From positions 1 to 64,000 of the forward strand of contig NMRA01000360.1 in assembly GCA_002633005.1 (NCBI GenBank): a stretch of DNA of 64,000 nt, read 5' to 3'. Shown here piece after piece: positions 49,708 through 62,190 of this stretch (position 1 is its first letter; each line of letters opens with the position of its first letter). The position numbers and the translations under genes were made by a program. The notes beneath the pieces are model-generated. The model was not told the DNA's origin, did not search any database, and saw only the letters and a list, made by a program, of their open reading frames with translations. The DNA comes from Phoronis australis (lineage: Eukaryota > Animalia > Phoronida).

Positions 49708-52688
49708 ATGGCTGCCACCAGAGTGATAGCATTTTTACTTTTTGTCGCTCTAGCTTGTGCGTACGACGAAGTTCTGAGAAAAGTTCGCAACGCAGAAACT
49801 TTGAGTGATGGCGAAAGGGAAGAACTTGCCAAAACCAACGAGGCAGAGCTCCCAGAACCAGTGCAAAGAGTTGCCAGGCTTGCAAAGAGAAGGTAAAATC
49901 TGTGAAAGGTTTTAGCAGTAGGCTAAGTAGGCTAGATGTCTCTTTAAGCTTTTCTATAAATGTATTTTACTTTGTGATCCATAGCACGTTGAAGCTTATA
50001 AATGGCTGCAATCTACTCGCGTTCACATTGTCAGGTGTGAATATTGTTCTTTGATCTCCTTTTTTATGTCAAAGGCGCCTGATCAAATTCTCAGAAATGT
50101 TTCCGCAGAGAAAAATGGCTCCAAAATTTTGAAATTTTGGTAATCATTTATTGCCTACTACTTAACTGACAATGAGTGAGTGAAAAAGAAACCAAGAGAT
50201 TTGGTAGTTCTGTGTCATTTTGCAGATACATGCTAAATGAACAGGTGTCTTCTAGTTTGCTCGTAAAACCGACATTTTGTATGATTTCAGCGCTAATTTC
50301 TGCTGCAAAAACATCCCTATCGATATTGTCACAAAGACCAGATCAGCCAAGAGAATTGAAGTCGTGAAGTCTCGTTATAAGACCGGAAATGCCAATTGTG
50401 GAACGTTCGGGCTGGGTCGATGCACCACATACAGCTACCGATACAGGTAGATAATACCGTACGCAAAGGCAGCAACGCTATGATAGATCTAAAACTATTT
50501 CTCTAATAAGATACTGAAGAGAACTTAAATTGAGCAAAATTCGTGGCCTTGGTAAATTTTTATGCATGTTGACGCTGTAACTATTCCAGTCATACGCCCC
50601 GTGTGCAATCTGTTAGATATCAAAGCCAGGCTTGAGGTGTTGTTTGTCCCAGTTTGAGTAAAATTCATGTGGCATCTTATAGATACTGTTTTTAATAAAT
50701 TTACCTATTTTCCTACATTATGAAACATACACACACACGAAGTACGTTCCACTGGCAACAGGGTGTGGAAACTAATTCTTTCCGGATTTTCTGTAGATAA
50801 ACCCATGGGCGCGTATTCGGAAAATAAAAAGATTCTGGCCAAATAAACGCCAGGGTGTTTATTTTGTTAATAAATGCATAGTTCGCCAACTCCTTGTTCG
50901 TTTTCATGAATGATAAGTGCTCTACAAAACTGAATTTGTGACTAAAGGTTGACGCTGAGTGGGTTTTTAGAGTAGAAATTTTCCGAATAAACGCCCCACA
51001 ATCTGGACACTTGACATCAAAAGTTGTAACACCAAATAAACACCCATGATTGTTTATTTGGCACAACTTTCCAAATAAATGCGTTTCATCGGATGAGCTA
51101 ATATACAGCAAAATCCCTCTACCACAAACTGCAAAAATATTTACTACACACAAAAGTACCAACGATTCTGTACCAGGTTGCATAGAACAGTCCCGGGTAG
51201 ACTCAGACTCAACTAAGTTCTGTAAATTATCTGCGTATTTTTGTATTTGTTTACTCAGAAATATTCGATTTTTTTACCATTATGTTTGACTAACCACACT
51301 TTCTAATGTTACATCTAGAGAGACCTTATTTCAACCAAAATTAACCTCAGTTGTCACTTATTCCTTGAATTAGGTTTGTTGCATGAAAAAATCCCTGTTT
51401 ATTTTCAGTAATATTGAAAATTCAGCGTTGAGTTCACTCACGGTGCTTATCAAAGCCAAACATTGACTTAGTAATGAGAATAAAACAGCACCGGAAAGTG
51501 CAATCAGTGTGTTTACAAGTTGACAGATAGTAGAGTGCTATTTGGGACTGTTCAATGGAACTGACCACAGAACTCCAAAAACACTAAGGTACTTTTACCA
51601 CGATTCGGTTTCTATTTGTTGTGATTCAGTCATTTGCACCAAAAAGTGTCCGTGGTAAGAGCGCATGATGTGGTCGGAGTTCAGATTCCTGGTGGTAAGG
51701 GCTTGTCTGCGCGTGGCTAGAGAAGGTTCTTCATGAACAAAGCACTACACGAGCAATGGTATTATTGGTATTTACGTTTGAATGGATGGATGCTTTCAGA
51801 CAAGTAGTGAAGTACGTGACTGAATCTTTCCAAGTGGACGTTCGAGGAAAATGCGCTTCAGCTGACATTACTTGCTGTAATTACTACATCTTGGTGGCTG
51901 GAAAGTGTGTTCGTAAGTGTTGGAATAGTTTCGCGTCATAGAGCTGCCTGAAAGCGGTATAAACCCGTACTTTCTGTCAAAAACAAGTTTTTGTCTCGAC
52001 TATTTACCGTTACAAAAGTGGTCTCAAATTCTTAAACCAAGATGAGGAATCATGGATGGCGCAGCACTGAAAAAAGTGGGGATATAGCCCCCAACCTCCC
52101 TGTGGTTCACCGTCCATAGAGTCGGTGGGCAGCCAAGCACTGAATTAAAAGGGGGCTATAGCCCCCCCCCAGCCTCCTATGGTGAGCCGCTGGGAATGAT
52201 TTCCGGGTTACGGAAAAACTGACAGTGACATTTATTTTTATGGGACTGGTCCGAAGAAATAACCAAATGCCAGTTCCTCCTAAGTGCCAAGACCCTTTCT
52301 AAACTGAATAAGGAAAAAAATTAGACCAATTTTGTATGTGATCTGAATCAAAACTTGTTTTTGACCGAAAGGATGAGTTTAATGCATAATGCAACTTTCA
52401 CAACTGTTCATAAAAGCAGCGTAGATGGATCTTACAAGTGCGTTGAAGCATGCGTTTAAATATCTTGTAGTGTTTTCAGAATCATTCCATAGACTTTTTA
52501 GGGATAACTCTTGGAGCGATTTGTGGGAAATCGACACTCACTTGTCAAATGTTCAGACGCCACGTGTCACTCGTACTCAGCGCCATCTGCGTTGTCGCTG
52601 GTCCTCCATCGGGAGCACTGTTGATGGTTAACAATTTTCCATTTCAGATTTAGACGATCTCAAGTCCGTGATCGACAAGATTGGTTAA
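49708..52688 (+). CDS. Secreted cysteine-rich EMI-like-domain protein, paralog B (164 aa, 4 exons)
   Basis: Exons 49708-49892, 50291-50446, 51800-51912, 52648-52688; phases 2,2,1. MAATRVIAFLLFVALACA-(acidic pro)-RVARLAKR-SANFCCKNIP...GNANCGTFGLGRCTTYSYRYRQVVKY...GKCASADITCCNYYILVAGKCVHLDDLKSVIDKIG*. AATAAA at 52744-52749. Confidence 0.85.
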
Positions 52689-53212
52689 GAAGAACTAAAC
52701 TGCAAAAACTATGATGAAATTCTATGTAAACAATCCTGACGTGAATAAAAAAGTTGCATTATTCAGTCATTGTAGCTCCATTTATGATTGCATTTTTCAA
52801 CTCCCTCAAGGTAACGCAACTTCAAGATGCCCTTCGTTTAAGTGACTAATTGGCAAATAAATTTATGTCCGATTGTTGACTTTTATGAGATAAGAGTTTT
52901 GGATATTTTTACTAGAGTCATTGTTTTCGCTCTCATTACTTTTATTCATATCATATTGAAATAGCATTTCTTCAAATATTTTGAAATACAAAACAATTGT
53001 TCTTTACTCGGAACGACAACTGATTTTAGGTCTTGAAAAAGAAGTGCTAGTAGCATTATAAAATGACTTGTTTGATGTGTCATCTAGTGGAACCTTGTCT
53101 GTTAACGAATAATATAACAACTTTGTTTAAGTGTTAATATTTTTTAATACATCTCAATATTTCACCCATAAGCAATTTGATGACATTGACAAACGATATC
53201 TCATCATTCCTG

Positions 53213-56006
53213 TTACTTTCCAACTTTATCAATCAAGCCTGCGTCAATCAGCTTCTGAATTAGTGCAGCTTGATCTTTTGCTGAAAATGCCAAAGGGTAT
53301 TGTATAAACAGAGTGTTACTTTGTTTTCAGAACTATACTACAGCTAGAGCTAATAGTGTATTGTTTAAACTGTCGTCTGCTGCAGAAAAATAAGTTTTAG
53401 TTTAGACCACGCATGGTTGTGAATTGATTTCAAGTTAGCCATACTCAAATCAGGCGAATCCCACTGTTGAGAAGAACTGTGATAGATCAGTATTACTGAG
53501 AGCAGATTAGTAACACAATACTTGATCTAAATCATATTTCCAGGTGATCAGTGCAATGGGCCCACATGCGAGGCCTGCGCACGTCTGATACAACGTGTAT
53601 CAGACCACCTGCAATTATTTTTTTATAAATCATTGTTTTATTATTTTTTGACGGATGAAAGTTTATATCAGTGTTTAGGTTACTCCACCATCAACAACTT
53701 GATGATGCTGTGAAAGCACTGACATAAACTGCTTTGTACAATTTCTCGCCGTCCAAAATTGATCTCATTCTGAGAATGAACTACCCTATGCGAATACGTC
53801 ATAAAGCGCCACCTTACTGTACGTTTGGAAAGAGACGGAATACAAGTAGTGTCGATTACAATGCTAATTGATTAGCATGTTTTCACAATTCGGAGGATTT
53901 CATCTGTGGCGCTGCTGTCGTTTTCCAAATAGAGTGCGGAACTTTTCTCGGCTCATAAACATACATGCATTTTAAAAATGACATCAAAGCCTAAGATGAA
54001 ATCTACTGAACTGTATAACAGGTGAAAATATTAACCGCTAGATATTTACATAATGTTATTATTCTCCGGCCATATAAAACACGAAAAGAAGTTAAATTTT
54101 CAGTCAGTTGGTCGATCGATCGATCGGTTGGTCGGTCGGTCGGTCGGTCAGTCGGTCGGTAGGTGATAAGTGAAAATGGGAACAAGCCTAAGCGTTTCAG
54201 ATGCGCAACGGTAGTGATTAAAACGATGCGGTCACGATGTGCCAAGACGGTCTAGCACACCCTGTAAGTCAATGGTTCTGATATGAAGAAGCACACCATT
54301 AAAGCTTATAAGTAACTTTCATTTCTTATTTTTGTGTGTAATTGCAAATTTCCCTCCATTTGTTCTCTGTACCTGAAAGACGGTCCCATTTTAATTCTTC
54401 TAAACAGAAATATGCAAAGCTATCACAAACAGCCTGCGAAAAGCAAACCATTTCAATGTTTTTGTTGAAGCGGGACCGGCAAACACAATGTGCCGGATGA
54501 TTCTTACGCGGCAGTGGTGCCACACCACATGATTGCCGAGCTTGAACTTGGCCGGAACAACTATTACGTACCCCATCGCGGCATGGTAGGTAACACAGCA
54601 TTGGTCACGTGATATTCGGCATGGCATCTAAATACTCATTGGCTACGTTTCATAAGTTCGCTAATTAACGAAATTTTTAAACATGTGAAATGTTGTGTTC
54701 CATGACAAGTAAAATAAAAACCCAAAATAGACAGAAAATAGGTTGACTGAAGGCACCGATAATATTTAAATGATCGTATTACCCAGTTGTTGGTTAAGAC
54801 AAAGGGTAATTCCTTTATTGTGTCGCAGTGGCATTAGAACAGTTAGAATAGTAGTGTAACAACATAAGAAAATGTAGACCGTAGGTATTTGTATAGCTCC
54901 CTCTTTCGTGCATGATACTTACTAACACAATTGCCCTGCATCAACACGAAACCTTTGCAACAGATCACTTTGTCATCCGGGCACCTTGGCGTTTCAACAA
55001 CTGTGTCCGTCACCGTAACCACGCGATAGACGGGGACCATGCTAAAAAGATACGTGTATGTATATATATATACATACATATGTACGTATGTATACATGAA
55101 TATGTATTTGTATATGGATACATAGACACACACGCGCACACGTACACGCAAACGCATACGCACACACACATTCATACAACGACAATCTACAGTTTGAGCA
55201 GTTTCAGTTTTCTTGAAACTCGTACAAGGCAATCGAAAGACGGACGATGTTTTGAGGAAATATTTAAACATGGAAATTTTTAAATTTTGACAACTTAAAA
55301 TATTAATTTTCGATTTTTAGCATCAAAATGCTTGTGTCAAATAAGATCACGTGAGGTGAGCGTGGTAAAACTTACTGAGTTACAGACTTGTAGATGGGGC
55401 AGTGCGACAGTTCCGGAAATCGACCTTCGTACGTCCAACAAGGCTCATATCCGCTGGTGATGTTGGTACGGACAATTTCGTTGAATCTTTTCACCTTTGT
55501 TTTGGTCACGTATTTGTGAACTGGCGTGATATCAACTGCGCAGCACCAATGAGAACTAAGAATAGATAAATTATGCTCATTGAGATCATTCAATATGGTT
55601 GTAGTAAATGTTATCGTTGCTGCTGGTCTTGTTCTAATCGTCGCTGACGTTTGTCGTAAATTGTCACCTTTACTGCGAGTGTTAAGTTTTGGTATTTTCT
55701 AAAAGTAATTGTTAAAACGTTTGAAGTACGTGATGTAATGAATTACTCGTTACATCAAATGAAACGTTGGAAATAAATGCACAAATGCGGAGCTTAAACC
55801 ATTCCTTCACGCATATCTTTTTACAGTAAATGCACTACTGAAATAGCACGTTTTGGTAGATATTACAAGACGACAGGAGACGACAAAACTTACAGAAGGC
55901 TTTCTTGTATGAAAACTTACTTGTCACCTTTTGGAATGGTGCCAGTGTCACTGCTTACAATCGCAACAAGAACCAAAACGCCCAGAGTGGAAACCAAGAT
56001 CTTCAT
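53213..56006 (-). CDS. Secreted cysteine-rich EMI-like-domain protein, paralog C (150 aa, 4 exons)
   Basis: Exons (minus) 56006-55921, 55555-55376, 55041-54923, 53280-53213; phases 2,2,1. MKILVSTLGVLVLVAIVSS-DTGTIPKGDNSHWCCAVD...GYEPCWTYEGRFPELSHCPIYKSVTHMVPVYRVVTV...RCPDDKVICCKGFVLMQGNCVTKDQAALIQKLIDAGLIDKVGK*. Confidence 0.85.
54108..54160. repeat. (GGTC)/(GATC) tetranucleotide microsatellite
   Basis: gtcgatcgatcgatcggttggtcggtcggtcggtcggtcagtcggtcggt. Confidence 0.85.
55050..55175. repeat. Compound (TA)/(TGTA)/(CA) microsatellite
   Basis: tatatatata tacatacata...cacacacgcgcacacgtacacgca, next to the acceptor of paralog C exon 3. Confidence 0.85.
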
Positions 56007-57003
56007 TTTTTTGTTGATAACTTTCAAGCAGTACCAGAAAAGAGTGTGTTCAGTATGCAACAAAGAAATATCCAAAACCAAAATGGCGCCGAGTACGGCA
56101 AACAGAGGTCACGTGCTAATAATAATTATCAAACACAGTGACATCATACTCAAGCAGAACACACTTTTCGCACGGTGATATGAAACTTGCCGGCTCATCG
56201 TCCAGATGTAGGTTCACTTTGATTCCTAAGTGGTGTCGCCTGCCTCGCACACTTAGGTCAAATGTCTGTCGAAGGATGTGTTTATACGAGGAGTGACCTT
56301 GATACCAAGAACAAGCACAACCCTAGGAAAATAACCGTTCTGTTTCTCGTGTAGACACCCTGGTGATTAATTTAATTAGGTAGAGAACTTTCCGGCAAGT
56401 TAATAAGAATAAGTTGGGTATTTTCGAAGTATATGTGACAGAAGTATGTTATGACTACGTCCCAAACATTGACCTTTTACTTTTACTAAGTTATGAGACC
56501 CACAGGAACAAAGAACCCTCACCCAATTGGAAGCTGATTAATTCAATAATTAGTCAACTGATAAACTTTTAATATCAATTAATTTAATGCGTTATAGTGA
56601 CATAAAAAGGAAATGAATCGGAAAGGTTGTATAAATGATTAATTAGGGATGTAATTTCAATTATTCTGAAGATTGCAACTGGATAAAGACATTCAAATAT
56701 TGACCCCTAACTGTTTTTGTGAAGAAATTAGTCAGGCATTCATCCACAAGTACACATCTGTTTATAATAACTGGACTTTTGGTGCCGTTCTCAAGTAAAA
56801 ACCTAGGAAGTAGTGACATTTAGTAAAATGTGATAAACTCCAAATACCTATACGAAATTTGCAGATAAGTGTTTTCTGATAGATAAAAAACGGGCGATCA
56901 TCTATTGTGTAGGTTTGAAATATACTCATTACATTGGTTTCAGTGTAGGACTTTGCATAGATATTTAGAAATAATAGCATTTCTTCGAAAAGTGAACATT
57001 ATA

Positions 57004-57290
57004 TATTTATATTTGTAGCATGTGTTACCGTAAACAAGAGACATTGTAACACATTTATATTTGTAGCATGTGTTACCGTAAACAAGAGACATTGGAAAAC
57101 ATTTCTACGATTATTACTTTACGGAGCTTCTGAAGGGATGCCAAAAATAAATTTCCAAATTTTTGCGTTCATTTGCAAAATTTCTACGTTCCCTCGCAAA
57201 TATTTTTGCGTTTCCTCGCAAAATCTTTGCGTTCCTTCGAAAACCATTGCATTCCCTAGCAAATATTTTGCGCACTCTCTCAAACTTTGT
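57004..57290. repeat. 48-bp direct duplication (57004-57095) followed by a degenerate ~21-bp minisatellite (57155-57290)
   Basis: atttatatttgtagcatgtgttaccgtaaacaagagacattg x2; aaa.tttt(t)gcgttccctcgca-like units about 6 times. Confidence 0.75.
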
Positions 57291-59749
57291 GTACATGCGT
57301 GAGAGGTTGTTTTATAGTTGAAATTGCTTCCTGAAAAATGGCTGACACCAAAAGCGACAGAGACGATTTGATAAGAGTTTACTTTGATTTGGGATTGATA
57401 TGTAATTACATCCCTCATGTATTAACTGTTTACAATGGTAGTGTCAATAGAAGCATTTGAAAAGAATTCTTAAAGTCCTGGTCTCACACGTTGTTAACCC
57501 TTATTACATGGTTAGAGGATGTTATAAGGATCCAAGAAGTACCTACCCCATAACTAATACACGATCCGTACTCGAAAAAAGTTTAAATGAACGCGCCACT
57601 CACGATTCGCACCCGAAGAACCACCGCCATCTTGAACTTGCCGCGAACCCGGAAGTACAATTCATTCAGGAACTAGCCTGCAAACGGGGATAAAATAATG
57701 GACACCGCGCCTTAATTTTAATAAAATCAAAATACGCACAATTTTATCGAATTTGCTGAAGAAATGTGCGCTCGCTCAAACGAGGTTTATTTATAGACTA
57801 TTAGAAATTGGGTACTTCTGGCGAACTGTGCAAAGTTGTTTTCTTTCAACAGAGATTTTCCCAGATTTTGCTTGGTGCAGCTTAAAAAAATGGGGGCTGG
57901 AATTTTTGTGAATGTCTATCTTTTACTATAAGATTCACTGGGTATGTTCAAAGTTATGAATTGCAGACACTAAATTTTGGTACCTCCTGTCTTCTAGAGG
58001 AATATCGTCTCGTTTTCTACTTTTTTCGGAGTTCGTGCTTCTCTGACTGAGGCAGACCTTTTTCCAATTCTCCAATAGGGGGCTCGTTCGAGCACATAAG
58101 TATAAGTCAATACAAAATGTTATCATTTTTTATTCATTAAGCCAAATGATTCAACCTTTTAACATAATAAGTAACTCAAAATGCACAATACTTTACAACA
58201 TTTAGTATTACAAACACTAATCAACAGCAAAAGTTTCCACGATATGAAAGTGGACATACATGTAACTATTACCATGGAGACCGAATAGTGTTTCCTTACA
58301 CCAGAATTCGACAAGCATGATTAAAAAAATATGAAGTTGCAAGGAACAAGAATTAGAGGCTTGAAGCTTCACAATCCAACATAGCTTATTTCTCAAATTA
58401 AGATTATTCATATTGATGTCTTGATAACCTGAATTAAGAAGCAATAAGTTACAAAACATGACTTGAAAGCAATTGAGACTTAAAATTTAGGAAAATATGA
58501 ATCATTTTGTGACACCTAATCAAGATTTGAACAGCAGTTGAAAGTCAAACAAAAAACCATTTCAAAATTATTTCAACTATTTTTTTAGCTTTGTGTAATA
58601 TCGCCTGAATGGGAAATTGACAGTAAAATAATTCGAATTATCTCATATTTTTGCACAAAAACACACACGAAAATTAAAGAAAGTTCCATTTTTGTAGCAA
58701 CGTTTTTCAGAATGTATCAACGTTAAATCTTCACAAATTACAAAGTAACAGGTTGAATATGCCTTCCAGTTCAGCAAAAGTCGCCATGTTGTCGGTGCCG
58801 CCAGAAATGAGACGAGGTCCAACGGGAATTGTGAGCACATTTATCACTTAATGAGTAACAACTGGGAGGGTGAAATTTGGTGAACACTGTTGAATCGTGC
58901 AGAATAGTAAGTAAAGACATGTCTCACTAAATTTCACCGTAAATTGTAGGCGAAAACAATTTGCACAAAGTTTTAAGCTCGTAACTTATGCCGCTGTCCT
59001 CCAATATGGCCGACGCTATCCAAACAAAGTGACCCAAATTTCGCCACAAAAATTGCAATAACTTTACAGTGCTTGCCCCGATTTTGATACTTTTTCGATT
59101 TTTACTGAGTAAAGTGCACTACCTTTCCGATGATAGCAAAGCACTTTTTCAAAACAAGAAAAAAATCAAAACGGAAAAAATTGGTTCGACTCATATTGGT
59201 TCCTAGGTTCGACCGCCCAACGTAAGGAACTAAACACCAGTGCTATTTTAACATAATAAGTACGCGTAACATTCTAAAAAAATTCAACGACCACTAACTA
59301 CAAACTATAAAGAAACTACACACACAACTGATAAAACAAAATAATGAAAACCTTTCGAGCAAGCGATAGCACGTTCAGTTACAAGGAAAAAATGGCGGCG
59401 TTCAGGACAAGTTCCTGAACTGATGAGCCGGAAATGTGGGTACGGAAATAACCGATGACGGCCGGTAATTATACGCTCACAGAGAAGGGTCAAATACTGT
59501 TAAAAATCGCTTTTGGAAAGACAGGCGAAAAGAATATAAAGAAAGGGTGTCGAAAATAAGAATTTATGTAGTAAGTATTTTCGGATACTGGAACCACATG
59601 GGCAGTTTGAGACCACGACTTTAAGTCTTTCGGGCTATCTCGGAGACGTGATCTCTCTAGCATCACCGACGTCGTTAACTTTGTTGAAATCAGTTTGGCG
59701 GATTTGGCCGGTAACATGGGTATTCATGGATGACGTATGACGACGAAAT

Positions 59750-59995
59750 GTGATAAAATACACGCAACAGCAAGTGTGTGTTATTTTGCGCGCATTAGAT
59801 CCTGAAGGTGTTGACTTACGAAGAGCGATAAAACTTACTAGGCGATCGTATATTTCAATGGTGCTTCATCGAATTACGATGTGTCTCAACTGCTACGCCA
59901 CTAGTAATAATCCTAGAGTCATTCGAGGTTAATATGTACACGCAGTATGGTGGAACCCCGTGTTAGTGAGATGCAGCAATGGGACAAAGAATAAA
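59750..59995 (+). mobile_element. Decayed integrase-core transposase fragment (IS3EU-like)
   Basis: LRALDPEGVDLRRAIKLTRRSY then, after a deletion, SNNPRVIRG*Y...G.P.LVR...GT.N; these resemble motifs flanking the DDE core of this family. Confidence 0.55.
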
Positions 59996-60029
59996 TTGAT
60001 CAGGAAATTAAGTATGGAAGCGTAAAGAT

Positions 60030-60275
60030 GACACAACACCTCACAAGCAACACAACACAATACAAACTTCACAACACCCTACGTAGTTCACAACACCCTC
60101 CCCCACAATGACTACAACACTCTAAAACTCTCCACAACATCCTCCCCAACCGCTACAACACCTCAGAATCCACACAACACGTCCGACATGTAGGCCTATC
60201 TCAAAACACTTTCCCCAGATTGTGACCAACACTACCCCTACAGGATACACAACACTGCGAAATCCACAACGCAAC
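60030..60275. repeat. Degenerate ACAACAC-core tandem repeat
   Basis: More than 10 acaacac cores at irregular 15-25 bp spacing. Confidence 0.7.
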
Positions 60276-61229
60276 GGAAACAGATGTCGCTGACGTTAAT
60301 TTCTATCTCAACAGGTGTCATTACGAGGATCACTGCAAAACTCGATCAAAAGTCAGTCCAGCAGACAACAGGAAATTCATGGTGCAAACTCTCGCGTGCA
60401 GTCCCGAGAAACCTTGGGGTGGCAAGCTAACATTAAAATGTCTGGATCATGCGCCAGAGTTGGCAGTCCTAGAGCTATATGGTTTAAGTACTTGTAGGGA
60501 GTGGCTTTCCCTTCGATGACAAAGCGTCGCACTGTAATTGAGTTCTTGAGCTCTTTGGGGCTAAAAAATATGTTTCCCACCTGTGTGTCACGTTAATACA
60601 AAAACTTATGTTACGAAATAACTTTTTCAATGGTCAGTGAGTATAGGTTTTAAATCATATCAATCAATTCAATACCTGTCAATGATTATACGTTCCTATG
60701 TTTAAAAAAAATCTACAAGCAGGAATTTGCCGACTAATTGCAAGCCTACATTTACTCAGTTTGGTTTGGATTAGTATAAATTGAAATCTATAGTATGAAG
60801 TTAACGTCATACTGAGTCTAAGGTGAAACCTTTGCACTCAAACCTAAACTGGAAAATTAACCAACCGCATGACACATTTAGGGTAAATTTACAAATTTGT
60901 TTGGGTAAATTTCGAATCTGAATTAAAATGCTACTCAAAACCATTTTTGAGTATAAAATGAGACTTGGGATCGCCAACTTAAACCATGACAAAATGCACG
61001 CGCTAATTGTTCCCTCCTGTAAACATATTCTGCTGTCTGTGCTCAACATTTTCGCGTTATTTTAACAAATTTTTGCTAGGTGAGGCGATGTGTTTGTGGT
61101 AGATGCGACAACACCGCGTTCCACGCTGTGCTACTTTTTTGTCTTTCCACATGAGAAGGCCTTTCTCCAGGAACTTTGTGAGTATGAGACAAGTCAGTCA
61201 CATACGTCATACTTGCAAGTTCCTAGGTT

Positions 61230-62190
61230 TGCAACGACCACAAGTGAGCAAGTACAAACATACTGGTAACATGGGTTTCAACAGTTACAGTAAATGTTTT
61301 TGTCGGTAGCTTCAATTTTAGAATATGGAATTTGGGGAAACTCTCAGTACTCCAAATGCGAAATGATCAGAACGAGAACGCTACGTATATTTTTAGGGGT
61401 CCACAAGAACGCTGCCAACGCATTACTTTATGGCGACTCGAGATGGCCAAATTCACACTACAAACAACATGAAAATATACTAAGGCTCTGGAATCGTTTA
61501 GTTCAAACGCATGAAAGCAGAACTGCAAAAAGTCTTTTTATGGGACCTTAAACATTGGAACTACTGCAATTGGAAAAATGTGATTTTTTAGAAAATTCCA
61601 GAAACAAACAAATTGTGTCTTTCGAAAGCTTCAAGGCATTCAGGTTCCAGTTAGAAGAGTTAAACTGGTTAAAAATAATCATTGAGAAACCAAAGCTGTG
61701 CTTATACAGATCGGTTTAGAATGACTGTTGTATTTATATCTGCCGGTGTCTCAGAGGTCCGTCATAGCTCGATTGAGAGCAGGTGTTTTACCATTAGAGG
61801 TTGAGGTGGGGCGGTACCTCGGAATTCCTGTGAATGAACGGATTTGACGTGTTTGTAAAAACGGAATTGAAGATAAAGTTCATTTCATTTTTTATTGCGA
61901 AAAATACATCCATATCCGACCATTTTTATACAAGATTCTGCCCTACCTCAAATATTCCAAAATAACTTGAAATGTCTAGCGAAATTCATTCAAGACGCTT
62001 TGCAGGTTAGAAGTAATTATGCGTTTGTAAACAAGTCAAAGTGGTCATATTTGAGTGTGTGCAATATGTTATGTCATGGTTTAATTGTTATTAGGTGACT
62101 GACTAAGCCCATTGAGGCTGGGGGTGTGGTGAATATTGTGTCTTTGAGATTGTATTTACTGGCACCCTTTTGTCACTATAATAAATAAGT
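61230..62190 (+). mobile_element. 5'-truncated non-LTR retrotransposon (LINE) 3' end, degenerate
   Basis: SILEYGIWG...RTLRIFLGVHKNAANALLYGD..W...LRLWNRL; later QRSVIARLRAGVLPLEVEVGRYLGIPVNERI*RVCKNGIEDKVHFIFYC (post-RT CCHC zinc region); ends in aataaataa. Confidence 0.75.

Noticed and set aside
54843-55283. 142-aa and 123-aa ORFs with VCV/THT runs
   Set aside because: Mostly microsatellite translation; only 54923-55041 is a real exon (paralog C).
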